In this document: positions 17,319 to 25,215 of the stretch, one piece after another
Position numbering within the stretch: position 1 is the stretch's first letter
How the letters are laid out: each line of letters starts with the position of its first letter
Virus record (IMG/VR): IMGVR_UViG_3300049455_000029
Coordinates: 1-41,204 of that record
Source of the DNA: a virus
Lineage: Duplodnaviria; Caudoviricetes
Length of the DNA stretch: 41,204 nucleotides
Direction: 5' to 3' (one strand)
Program-made: the position numbers and the translations under genes
Notes under the pieces: generated by a model
The model's input: only the letters and a program-made list of their open reading frames with translations
Database searches by the model: none
What the model was told of the DNA's origin: nothing

Positions 17319-17977
17319 GCATCAGGCAGGAGTCGGAAGCTCTTACCGAGAAGTTCGCGCAGGCACCCGAGAGGGGCCGGTTGCCGAACGAACGGGGTCT
17401 GTTCGTCGCCTACGCGGTCATCTTCCTGATGGTCGTCGGCTTTGCCTTTCAGGGCTACCGCTACGCGCACGCCCTCGGCCGGATCAAGGTCCTCGAAGCG
17501 CAGCGCCGTGTCTATCTGGCCGAGCTTGCCAAGCCTCTGCCGCCCGAGAAGCAGAAGCCGATCATCGACGCTCTCGCCAACAACAGCAAAATGGTGGAGG
17601 GCATCATTGGGGCTACGGGGGTAGCCGGTGCAACGGGTACCCAGGGGTTACAGGGCATTCCCGGGCTTACCGGCCCCCAGGGTCCTCAAGGCCCTGCGGG
17701 TCCCGCAGGGCCTGCTGGTCCGTCTGGGGCTCCAGGTCTGCCAGGGCCCGCGGGCTCACCCGGATTGTCCGGCTTCGTGGGGAGTCCTGGTGAGCCGGGG
17801 GCGCCGGGTTTGCCCGGACCAGCAGGTCCACCCGGCGACGTCGGGCCGCAAGGACCGCCCGGGCCTATGGGACTGCCCGCTCCAACGCCCACTCCCGAGC
17901 CCACGCCCACGCCAAGCCCATCGAATACGCCGACCCCAGCCGTGCAGATCCAGTGTCCGATCATCTGTCCACCGTAG
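17315..17977 (+). CDS. Membrane-anchored collagen-like protein
   Basis: TM segment, about 30 uninterrupted Gly-X-Y triplets, PT-rich stalk, C-terminal CPIICPP. Confidence 0.85.
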   Translation: MSIRQESEALTEKFAQAPERGRLPNERGLFVAYAVIFLMVVGFAFQGYRYAHALGRIKVLEAQRRVYLAELAKPLPPEKQKPIIDALANNSKMVEGIIGATGVAGATGTQGLQGIPGLTGPQGPQGPAGPAGPAGPSGAPGLPGPAGSPGLSGFVGSPGEPGAPGLPGPAGPPGDVGPQGPPGPMGLPAPTPTPEPTPTPSPSNTPTPAVQIQCPIICPP

Positions 17978-17989
17978 AGAGGAGACGCC

Positions 17990-18124
17990 ATGGCATCAGC
18001 GATCTTCACCGTCATCGGTTCGTTCTTCACCCACTTTGTTCCGGTCATCGGCCCGTTCCTGGGCGGAGGCTTCGATACGGTGGCCGCCCTACTGCAAGTC
18101 GTTGGTCACAGCATCATCGGCTGA
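17990..18124 (+). CDS. Hydrophobic 44-aa peptide ([44 protein letters not shown])
   Basis: SD GAGGAG; fills gap exactly; hydrophobic/amphipathic. Confidence 0.65.
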   Translation: MASAIFTVIGSFFTHFVPVIGPFLGGGFDTVAALLQVVGHSIIG

Positions 18125-18135
18125 GAGGAGAGTTC

Positions 18136-18459
18136 ATGTTCAAGAAGCTGCACGCCAAGCTGGATGAGTTGCTGGCAATCCTCAGACTTCTCCCGACACT
18201 GCTAGGGGACCTGAAGGCGACGATGACGGTCATGAGCAAGGACGTCACCGACGGGAAGGCAACACTGGCTCAGGTGCAGGCGCTGACGGGACACACGGCC
18301 ACGGTCGTCGCTATGGCTGCTCAGGCTGCCGTCCCGACCTCAGTGCCCATCGTCCTGCCGGCTGCCCCGGTCGCCGCTGCGCCCACGCTTCAGACGGATC
18401 TGGCGAAGGACGTTGCCAAGGTGAATCCCATGCAGGGCGTCAAGCTGCCGGGCCAGTGA
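18136..18459 (+). CDS. Hypothetical protein
   Basis: SD GAGGAG before ATG; GTGA overlap with next gene. Confidence 0.7.
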   Translation: MFKKLHAKLDELLAILRLLPTLLGDLKATMTVMSKDVTDGKATLAQVQALTGHTATVVAMAAQAAVPTSVPIVLPAAPVAAAPTLQTDLAKDVAKVNPMQGVKLPGQ

Positions 18460-18659
18460 GCATTCCTCCTGCGGTGGGCCAGCTTCCGCTGACGGTCATC
18501 CACCCGAAGATCAAGGTGGCGGCGCTGACGGGCGGGGTGTTCGTCATCCTCAGCCTGTCAGCGCTCTATGCCAGCGGGGGCCTGACGCTGAAGACGGGGA
18601 TCCTGGCCGTGACCGGGCCGCTGCTGCCCGTCGTCGGTGGCTACCTGAAGTCGTCATGA
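18456..18659 (+). CDS. Putative holin (2 TM)
   Basis: HPKIKVAALTGG...LPVVGGYLK pattern with two hydrophobic helices; in lysis cassette. Confidence 0.65.
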   Translation: MSIPPAVGQLPLTVIHPKIKVAALTGGVFVILSLSALYASGGLTLKTGILAVTGPLLPVVGGYLKSS

Positions 18660-18668
18660 GGCCATCCG

Positions 18669-18968
18669 ATGACGAGCCTTGATCCTCTCTCGGAGGCGCT
18701 ATCCGGCGCGATCGTGGAGTACCACTGCCCCGCCGCAAATCACGTCCACATCCTGACCATCCCCGAAGCGGCGGTAACCGTGGATTCGGCCAAGGGGATC
18801 CGGTTCGGCGATGTCACCTGTCCCATCTGCGAAAGCGAACTTACCGGGTGGATCCCGCCCAGCCACATCCGGGGAATCTGGTGGGAGACAATGAAAAAGG
18901 AAGAGGTCCAGCGGCGGGCGAGAGAAGCCCGGGCGAATCACGTTCCCTCGCTGCCGGCAGGGTGGTAG
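18669..18968 (+). CDS. Hypothetical protein, possible Zn-binding
   Basis: HCPAANH and CPIC motifs; last + strand gene before convergent integrase. Confidence 0.6.
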   Translation: MTSLDPLSEALSGAIVEYHCPAANHVHILTIPEAAVTVDSAKGIRFGDVTCPICESELTGWIPPSHIRGIWWETMKKEEVQRRAREARANHVPSLPAGW

Positions 18969-19035
18969 CCAGCCTCCGGCGTAACCGGTCAGGCTACTGG
19001 CTACCGATCCCCAAGCTCTCGTCTTCGGGGGGATC
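18964..19035. terminator. Tandem hairpins at the convergence of late operon and int (probable bidirectional terminator)
   Basis: GGTAGCCAG..CTGGCTACC stem (18964-19005) followed by GATCCCC..GGGGATC stem (19006-19035); no U-tract. Confidence 0.5.
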
Positions 19036-19124
19036 TTCGTCCCGCTGGCTGCTGCTGATCAACCTCCACTAAAAGGTCTCGTAAGGCTCCCAACGACTTA
19101 CGCACAATGGGGACAAGTAGATAT

Positions 19125-19200
19125 GCCTCCGAATCCACAAGCTAGGCACAACGTCGACAAGGAGATATATCAACAAGGGGACACGCCTCCGAATCTACAA
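19125..19200. repeat. 16-bp direct repeat GCCTCCGAATCYACAA, period 60 bp
   Basis: Copies at 19125-19140 and 19185-19200 (15/16 identical) in a relatively AT-rich intergenic tract. Confidence 0.8.
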
Positions 19201-19219
19201 TCCGTGTCTCCCGGCATCG

Positions 19220-20104
19220 TCATCCTGAGGCAGGCCCCTCGAGCTTCGAGAGCGCTTCCCGCAGCGCTGCGTCGTTCGGCTGGGTGTAGGTCATGACGTG
19301 GCGGAGGTCGACGTGGCCGAGGATCTCGGCGATCAGGCGAGGATGGACGCCGCGCTCGGCCAGGTGCGTGGCCCCCGTGTGGCGTAGGGCGTAGGGCCGG
19401 CACTTCTCCGGGGGCAGGCCGGCGAGGCGGGCGGCGGCGCTGACCAGCTCCCAGTAGCGGGTGGTGCCCACGGTGATGAGGTAGGCCGACGTCGCCGGAG
19501 TCAGCTCGAGGAGGTTCTCCAGGGCGACGCGGGCCACACCCACGACCGGCACAATGCGGTCGTTGCCGGTCTTCGTATCGGTGATGTAGACGCACGAGCT
19601 GCGGCCGTTGAGGTTGATCTGGGACTTAGCTAAGCGGCAGATCTCGCCCGGGCGCAGGCACAGGCCGTACTGGGCCAGGATCGCCCAGGCGACGTCGTGG
19701 CCGGTCCCCCGCCGGCCGTAGTGGCCGATCCAGATGGCGGTCTGGAACACGGCGAACAGCTCCTCTTCCGTCCACCCCCGCTTTACCTTCTGGCGGCTGA
19801 CCCGCGCCTTGCGGGCCTCCTTCAGAGGGTTGTCGGGCCGGAGGCCGCGGCGCTCCAGGAAGCCGAAGAAGTCGGCGAGAGCTGCCCGGCGCAGCGAGGC
19901 GTGTTGGGGGCGCAGCTCGCCGAGATGGCGATCGACGTCCCGCACGGTGACGTCCAGGGGGTGGCGGCCCATGTCGGCGCAGGCTGCGAAGACCTCGCGC
20001 CGGTACCGCTTGACCGTTGCCGTCCCGAGCCGCCCGGGCACCTCCGCCCACCATCTTCGGTAGAGCTCAAAGGCATCCAAGTGGGCATGCCTCGCATAGA
20101 ACAA
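19220..20104 (-). CDS. int: Tyrosine integrase, short / arm-less (Xer-like size)
   Basis: LRPGEI (R), TKTG (K), YALRH, LGHVD..TY catalytic motifs; 294 aa with no room for an N-terminal arm-binding domain. Confidence 0.9.
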   Translation of the reverse strand: MFYARHAHLDAFELYRRWWAEVPGRLGTATVKRYRREVFAACADMGRHPLDVTVRDVDRHLGELRPQHASLRRAALADFFGFLERRGLRPDNPLKEARKARVSRQKVKRGWTEEELFAVFQTAIWIGHYGRRGTGHDVAWAILAQYGLCLRPGEICRLAKSQINLNGRSSCVYITDTKTGNDRIVPVVGVARVALENLLELTPATSAYLITVGTTRYWELVSAAARLAGLPPEKCRPYALRHTGATHLAERGVHPRLIAEILGHVDLRHVMTYTQPNDAALREALSKLEGPASG

Positions 20105-20199
20105 GCAAGTAGGACATTCCAGGACAAGTTAGCGTGCCCAACCCAGAATGTCCAGAGTGAGGGAGAGGTTACAGCCAGCCGTCTCGGCCGTACTTACAG

Positions 20200-20571
20200 C
20201 TATGCAACTAGGGCAAGAATTGGCACAGAGATCGGGCCGCTGAGGTAAGCGCCCTGTTCTTCGGGGATCGTAACCGAACCCTGGGCAGCGGCGGACGGCA
20301 GAACCTTGCGCTTCGCTCGAGCCGGCGTGGGATTGCGAGGCGACATGCGCAGCGCCTCAACTTCATCCGGGCTGAGGATACCGAGCAAGCCCAGGACATC
20401 CGCCTTCGTCAGCCGTAGGAAGGCCGCCAGAGCATCGGCCTTGTCGGCTCGCGGCTTGGAGAAATCCTGCTCCCAAGCTCGGTAGGCGCTTGGCTCGATG
20501 CCAAGTACACCTGCGGCCTGCCTCAATGATCTGTCCCCCCTGGCCTCCCGAAGCATCTCTCCGACAGTCAT
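20200..20571 (-). CDS. Immunity repressor (XRE/CI-type HTH) with hydrophobic C-terminus ILALVA
   Basis: SLRQAAGVLGIEPSAYRAWEQDFSKP HTH; upstream of and co-oriented with int, divergent from cro-like gene. Confidence 0.85.
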   Translation of the reverse strand: MTVGEMLREARGDRSLRQAAGVLGIEPSAYRAWEQDFSKPRADKADALAAFLRLTKADVLGLLGILSPDEVEALRMSPRNPTPARAKRKVLPSAAAQGSVTIPEEQGAYLSGPISVPILALVA

Positions 20572-20585
20572 AGCTCTGGTCCCCC

Positions 20586-20617
20586 GTGGTCTGTACGGCC
20601 TTCACTGTACAGACCAC
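20586..20617. promoter_or_regulatory. 11-bp inverted repeat (candidate operator) upstream of repressor
   Basis: GTGGTCTGTAC-N10-GTACAGACCAC; further CAGTACAG / CAGTGTACTG motifs at 20619-20626 and 20706-20715. Confidence 0.6.
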
Positions 20618-20686
20618 ACAGTACAGCTAGCACTGTCCCCTGAACAAGCGCCCAAAGTGGACGCCCACGTTTTCCAGACAAAAGGG

Positions 20687-20716
20687 TTGACGCTCGTACG
20701 GTGTTCAGTGTACTGT
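20687..20716 (+). promoter_or_regulatory. Early lytic promoter, probably leaderless
   Basis: TTGACG-N18-TACTGT; ATG 20724 lies 7 nt downstream of the -10 with no SD. Confidence 0.65.
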
Positions 20717-20723
20717 GCACTCC

Positions 20724-20918
20724 ATGCTCACCACCGATCGTGAACCGATCCCCCACAGCAAGGCTTCCGGGGAGAAGAACAAGACCGAGATTCGGCGGCT
20801 CTACGACAGCGGCCTGAACGGGCGCCCGATTGCCCGCCAGCTCGACCTGAACGAGTCCTACGTCTACCGGGTGATCCGCGAGTACCTGGCTGAGAAGGCC
20901 GAAGAGAAGAGCGCCTGA
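20724..20918 (+). CDS. Cro-like HTH protein
   Basis: EIRRLYDSGLNGRPIARQLDLNESYVYRVI HTH; divergent from repressor. Confidence 0.78.
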   Translation: MLTTDREPIPHSKASGEKNKTEIRRLYDSGLNGRPIARQLDLNESYVYRVIREYLAEKAEEKSA

Positions 20919-21004
20919 AAACAGTGGCACCCCGCCGCTGAGAACGACGGGGCACCGGAGGTCTGAACGGCTTTCGGACAGCTTACCAAGCAGGGAGATC
21001 TGGA

Positions 21005-21208
21005 ATGGCTAAGTTCGAAGCACCACCGAGGTTCCTCACGGCGGGCGAGGTCGCGGAGCTGCTACACGTCTCGCCGAAGACGATCGGCCGGTACTCGAAC
21101 GAGGGCAAGCTGCCGTACGTCCGCACGCTCGGCGGGCACCGTCGGTATAACCCCGACGAGGTCGCAAAGGTCATCGCCGCACTTGGCCGATCGGACGGTG
21201 ACGCATGA
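21005..21208 (+). CDS. BldC-family / excisionase-like MerR-type HTH protein
   Basis: FLTAGEVAELLHVSPKTIGRYSNEGKLPYVRTLGGHRRY closely follows the BldC pattern including RTLGGHRRY. Confidence 0.85.
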   Translation: MAKFEAPPRFLTAGEVAELLHVSPKTIGRYSNEGKLPYVRTLGGHRRYNPDEVAKVIAALGRSDGDA

Positions 21209-21654
21209 GGGCCGCCGCCGAGATTCAGGCAGAGGTCACCTCGCTGACGGCGCAGATCCGGGAGCCGCAGGAGGATGACGTCCTCAAGAGTCTCATCGTC
21301 GCCCGGGAGGCGCTGGAATGGGCGGCCGGGCGTGCCAGTTGCCGACCCACGAACTTCGTCATCGAGCCTCCGTCTGAGTTCGATGTCGTCGAGCTGGGGG
21401 AGCGGGCCGCTAAGGCGCTGTCGAAGGCCGAGCGGCTGCGGGCCGACGTGGCCCTCGCCTTTCTCGGGGGCCTGAGCGCGGCGCAGCTGGACGGCACGGC
21501 ATGCGCCTACTGCCACACAGCCGCCGCCGAGGGCGGGGCGATGGTGCCACTGAAGGTGGTCGCGGGACTCGAGTACACGGGGGCCCACCACACGCTGTTC
21601 ATCTGCGAGCCCGATTGCCGGGAAGCGAAGCTGCTCGAAGGGTGGGCGGAGTGA
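21205..21654 (+). CDS. Hypothetical protein
   Basis: ATGA coupling; CAYC and CEPDC motifs. Confidence 0.7.
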   Translation: MRAAAEIQAEVTSLTAQIREPQEDDVLKSLIVAREALEWAAGRASCRPTNFVIEPPSEFDVVELGERAAKALSKAERLRADVALAFLGGLSAAQLDGTACAYCHTAAAEGGAMVPLKVVAGLEYTGAHHTLFICEPDCREAKLLEGWAE

Positions 21655-21893
21655 CCAAGGGCCTCGAGTTCGCCGTCACGATGGGCTGTACCGGGGGGCA
21701 CCGGATCGAGGGCCTCACCGAGGATGCTGCCCGGCGCCTCAACGCCACGCTCTGCGAGCGGGAGGGCTGCGGGAGGCCGCTGCTGCGGGTAGTCGTCAAG
21801 CCCCGGCCCGCGGCACAGAAGCGAGAGCCGATCCGCTGCCCACACCACGCCAACGGCGATCCCTGTTGCCTACGTCAAGAAAGGAGTGCCTGA
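21651..21893 (+). CDS. Cys-rich hypothetical protein
   Basis: GTGA coupling; CTGGH, CEREGC, CPHH motifs. Confidence 0.6.
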   Translation: MTKGLEFAVTMGCTGGHRIEGLTEDAARRLNATLCEREGCGRPLLRVVVKPRPAAQKREPIRCPHHANGDPCCLRQERSA

Positions 21894-22159
21894 TGGCACG
21901 CATCCCCGAATACACCGCGCGTCCCGACGACGGCGGTGCCTGGCTCGTGTTCGACCCCTCGGGCCTCCAGGTCGCTTTCTTTGGCCCGAGGGCCGACGGG
22001 GACCTGGCCCCCATGCTCGCCGAGCGGCACGCCGCGGAGAAGACGTTCGAGCTCCGCTTCATGGCCGACTTCCTCGGCGTCAGCCGGGAGCGGTACATCG
22101 AGGCCCTGGCCGCATGTCACCACGAGGTCGATACCAGGGTCGCAGCGGGCGCGCTGTGA
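21893..22159 (+). CDS. Hypothetical protein
   Basis: SD AAGGAG; TGATG coupling. Confidence 0.7.
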   Translation: MARIPEYTARPDDGGAWLVFDPSGLQVAFFGPRADGDLAPMLAERHAAEKTFELRFMADFLGVSRERYIEALAACHHEVDTRVAAGAL

Positions 22160-22551
22160 GCCGGACTGCGATGATCCTGCCCGCTATCTGCATGGCCGTC
22201 ATCGCCGTGTCGCTGGTCGACCTCTGGCGCAGCCACGTGCGGTTCAGCCGAAACCTGGCCCGGCTCGATGCTCTCGCAGCCGGCTACGCAGAGGCCCCCT
22301 GTCCCGCCCTCAGCCACGTCCGGCTCGTGCCGCGGGATGCGGAGCTGCCGGAGGCTGAATCCCGGCCGGAGGACGATCTCTTCGTGCGGATGGTGGCCGC
22401 ACTCAACGTCTTCGCCGCTGAGAACGGCTACGAGGTGCCCGTGCCTCTGCTCTGGACAGCCATCGCCAGCGTCACGGCCGAGGCGATCCTGGGCGAGGAC
22501 CTGGCGAAGCTCGTGGCGGGCCCCGGCCTGCCCGAAGGGGGTGAGCGCTGA
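22156..22551 (+). CDS. Membrane-anchored hypothetical protein
   Basis: GTGA coupling; N-terminal TM MILPAICMAVIAVSLV. Confidence 0.65.
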   Translation: MSRTAMILPAICMAVIAVSLVDLWRSHVRFSRNLARLDALAAGYAEAPCPALSHVRLVPRDAELPEAESRPEDDLFVRMVAALNVFAAENGYEVPVPLLWTAIASVTAEAILGEDLAKLVAGPGLPEGGER

Positions 22552-22601
22552 TGGCCTCCACCTCCACTGCACCATCTGACGCTCATTCGAGGAGGGAACG
22601 C

Positions 22602-22820
22602 ATGAATCTAGATACCGCCCGTGCTGCACTGGTGAGCTTCTTCGGACTCGTCGGGTTCACCGTCTCCATCGCTGTCGCGGTAGTGCTCATCATCGGCCAC
22701 GCTAACCATCTCTGGCCGGTCGTTCGCACCCGCCACTTTGACCTCACGCCGCACAACAACGAGGGCTTCGAGCTCGACTGGGAGAAGGAAGGTTCCGACT
22801 CCTGGGGTGATTCGCTTTGA
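22602..22820 (+). CDS. Small membrane protein
   Basis: SD GAGGAGG; TM LVSFFGLVGFTVSIAVAVVLIIG. Confidence 0.65.
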   Translation: MNLDTARAALVSFFGLVGFTVSIAVAVVLIIGHANHLWPVVRTRHFDLTPHNNEGFELDWEKEGSDSWGDSL

Positions 22821-23068
22821 ACGCCTCAGAGGAGCTGCCGGCCTGCGTGGCCCTCGGCCTCGCCGACATCTACGCGGTTCCAAGCCAGCACGGGGAGGTC
22901 CCCTACCTGGTGGCCTGCCTGTTCGACGGGCAGTGGGTCTGCTCGTGCCCGGCGGAGCACCGCAAGCTCCGGGCCGGGGGCCGCTACTGCCGGCCGATCA
23001 GAGAGGTCATCCCGCTGCGAAGCGCGGTCCCGCTCCCGCCTGTATCCGAACGAAAGAGAGGCTCCTGA
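22817..23068 (+). CDS. SWIM-type Zn-finger protein (last ligand appears replaced)
   Basis: YAVPSQ..YLV..WVCSCPA...YCRPI versus the CxC..CxH SWIM consensus. Confidence 0.6.
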   Translation: MNASEELPACVALGLADIYAVPSQHGEVPYLVACLFDGQWVCSCPAEHRKLRAGGRYCRPIREVIPLRSAVPLPPVSERKRGS

Positions 23069-24264
23069 TGGGCAGCACCGACATTGCCACGATCGATCCC
23101 ACGGACATGGTCGCCCGAGTCGCCGGCGGAACGCTCACTACGGCCGAGCAGGTGCTCATCAACCGCCTGGTGAAGGTGCGCCAGGGGCAATCGCCGCCGT
23201 CCCGGGAGGAACTCGCCCTGGTCGTTGGCGAGGCGATCCACATGGGGCTCGACGTCTTTGCCAGGCAGTGCTACTTCATCAAGTTCGACGACGGGCCTGG
23301 GGGAGCCTGGGAATGCTTCCCGCACTGGTCGGGCCTCGTGAAGATCGCCGAGGAGACCGGGGAGTACCTGGGGCACCGGGGGCCGTTCTACAGCGCCGAC
23401 GGCGAGAAGTGGTCGAGGGCCTGGCTGCCCGATACCGCCCCGCCGCTGTGCATGGTGACGGTGCTGCGCTTGGACCACGAGCCGACGACGGTGGTCCTGA
23501 AGTTCAAGCGGTGGGCCCGCTACTACACGAAGAACGGGCAGCGCCGGCTGATGCCGCAGTGGGAGACCAATCCCGAGGAACAGCTCGGCAAGCAGACGCT
23601 GCGGATCGCGCTGCGGCGGGCGTTCCCCAAGGAGGCCGACAAGGGGCTGTCGAAGGCCCAGCTCCGGGCGCTGCACACGCTGGCGAGCCTGAAGGGTCTG
23701 GGGGGGCCGGAGAAGCGCCCTGAGCGGCTTGCAGAGGTCTCCGAGATCGTGGGGCGAGAGGTGGACAGTTTCACGGATCTCTCAGTGGCAGAGGCCTCCG
23801 AGGTCTACGAGACGCTGGCTGAGGAGCTTGGGGAGGTCCTACCGGACGACGTCTTCGGCGACGAGGAGCTTCCTGAGATGACGCCGGAGGTAGCAGATGT
23901 GGTGGGGGGGAATCGCCAGCCACCCGAGTCGAACCGGGAGGCCGACGGCGAGCAGAGCGGTACGAGTAGCCCCGCTCACCCTCCCGCCGCAGCATCGGAG
24001 CCGGACGATCCCCAGGAGCTGGCGGAGCTGCGGAAGAAGGGGATCGATGAGTTCCGGGTGCTGTCCTCGAGGCTGCCGGCGGAGTGGCGGCCGTGGTTCC
24101 GCAACAACGTCGAGGAGATCAAGCCGGGGGCCTGGGAGGGGAGCGACGCCGGGGCTAGCTGGCCGAGGAGCTTCAACGTCGCCCAGATGAAGGAGCTGTT
24201 CGAGCGCCTGGAGCGGGTGCGGCCCTGGGGCGATCCGGAGCAGGGAGCAACAGCCGGTGGATGA
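23068..24264 (+). CDS. RecT/Bet-like single-strand annealing protein
   Basis: GLDVFARQCYFIKF, SGLVKIAEETGEYLG, QWETNPEEQLGKQTLRIALRRAFP; acidic disordered C-terminal extension. Confidence 0.85.
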   Translation: MGSTDIATIDPTDMVARVAGGTLTTAEQVLINRLVKVRQGQSPPSREELALVVGEAIHMGLDVFARQCYFIKFDDGPGGAWECFPHWSGLVKIAEETGEYLGHRGPFYSADGEKWSRAWLPDTAPPLCMVTVLRLDHEPTTVVLKFKRWARYYTKNGQRRLMPQWETNPEEQLGKQTLRIALRRAFPKEADKGLSKAQLRALHTLASLKGLGGPEKRPERLAEVSEIVGREVDSFTDLSVAEASEVYETLAEELGEVLPDDVFGDEELPEMTPEVADVVGGNRQPPESNREADGEQSGTSSPAHPPAAASEPDDPQELAELRKKGIDEFRVLSSRLPAEWRPWFRNNVEEIKPGAWEGSDAGASWPRSFNVAQMKELFERLERVRPWGDPEQGATAGG

Positions 24265-25186
24265 GTTCGGCAAGCCGAAGATCGAATGGTCGCTCGTGAC
24301 GGACGAGGCCCTGCTGGATGACTACACCTACTTCCCGCGGGAGAGTGCCTTGACCCGGGCGCTCGCTCCTGTCCTCGCCGCCATGGACCTGCCCGGCGGC
24401 TACCGCTCCGCCATCGAGATCGCGTGGGGCCTTCGGCATGCTCCGTATAGGGGCCGGTTCCTGTCGAGCCTGCCCTGGCATCCAGCGTTTCAGCGGGCGC
24501 AGCGGGCGATGTCCGAGCGCAACATCCGGATCGCCGCCGGGCTGCGGTGGTGGGCGGATCAGCTGGAGGCCGGTGGCGGATCGCCGGAGCTGGTGGGTGC
24601 CGTCCTCCGCACGATGATGGAGCACGTCCCCTGGCCGGAGGTGCTGCGGCTGCACGCCGGCGAAGCGGAGTGGCATGCAGAGCAGTATCTGCTCGCCGCC
24701 GATGAGGCGGAGGCCGCCCCGCCGCCAGTGCGCCGGCCGCTGTTCTGCATGGACTGCCTAAGCCGCGAAGCGAACCATGCAGTCGACGCTTACCGGCCCT
24801 CTGTGGTGGGCAGGGACGAGCTAGGGCGCCTGCACCGCACAGATGGCCCCGCGGTGGCCTACCGGGACGGATACGGGCTGTGGGCCATCCATGGGCAGGA
24901 ACCGTTCCTGCGGGCGGCCGGCGCCGGCCTGGTCGACGAGGATCTCGACGCGCTGGGCTTCCCACGCCGGCTGCACCGGGTGGTGATCCCGGGCGACGAG
25001 GATCTGGTGATGGTCGAGGTGACGAACTCGACGCCGGAGCCCGACGGCCACCACAAGAGCTACATGCTCCGGGTGGACCCCCGGATGCGGACGTGCGCCG
25101 GCGCCATTGCCTCGAGCTGGCGCTACCCCGACGGCTCCCGGGTGTTCGCCGAGGGCCGCGACTACCAGCTCGCAGCCGAGAGCTGA
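24257..25186 (+). CDS. DUF6745-like protein
   Basis: RDELGRLHRTDGPAVAYRDGYGLWAIHG and VEVTNSTPEPDG..YMLRV motifs. Confidence 0.65.
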   Translation: MDEFGKPKIEWSLVTDEALLDDYTYFPRESALTRALAPVLAAMDLPGGYRSAIEIAWGLRHAPYRGRFLSSLPWHPAFQRAQRAMSERNIRIAAGLRWWADQLEAGGGSPELVGAVLRTMMEHVPWPEVLRLHAGEAEWHAEQYLLAADEAEAAPPPVRRPLFCMDCLSREANHAVDAYRPSVVGRDELGRLHRTDGPAVAYRDGYGLWAIHGQEPFLRAAGAGLVDEDLDALGFPRRLHRVVIPGDEDLVMVEVTNSTPEPDGHHKSYMLRVDPRMRTCAGAIASSWRYPDGSRVFAEGRDYQLAAES

Positions 25187-25215
25187 GCGGTGGCAACACA
25201 CCGTGGCCGGTAGCC

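Noticed and set aside
17609-17880. DNA tandem repeat or diversity-generating locus
   Set aside because: Periodicity is explained by Gly-X-Y codons with varied synonymous positions; no reverse transcriptase present
20200-20300. tRNA-derived attP core
   Set aside because: Minus-strand GGTTCGGTTACGATCCCC only superficially resembles a T-arm; no acceptor stem or cloverleaf found
20927-20957. Hairpin CCCCGCCG..CGACGGGG after cro as a strong terminator
   Set aside because: Imperfect stem and no U-tract; may be a weak attenuator but is not supportable
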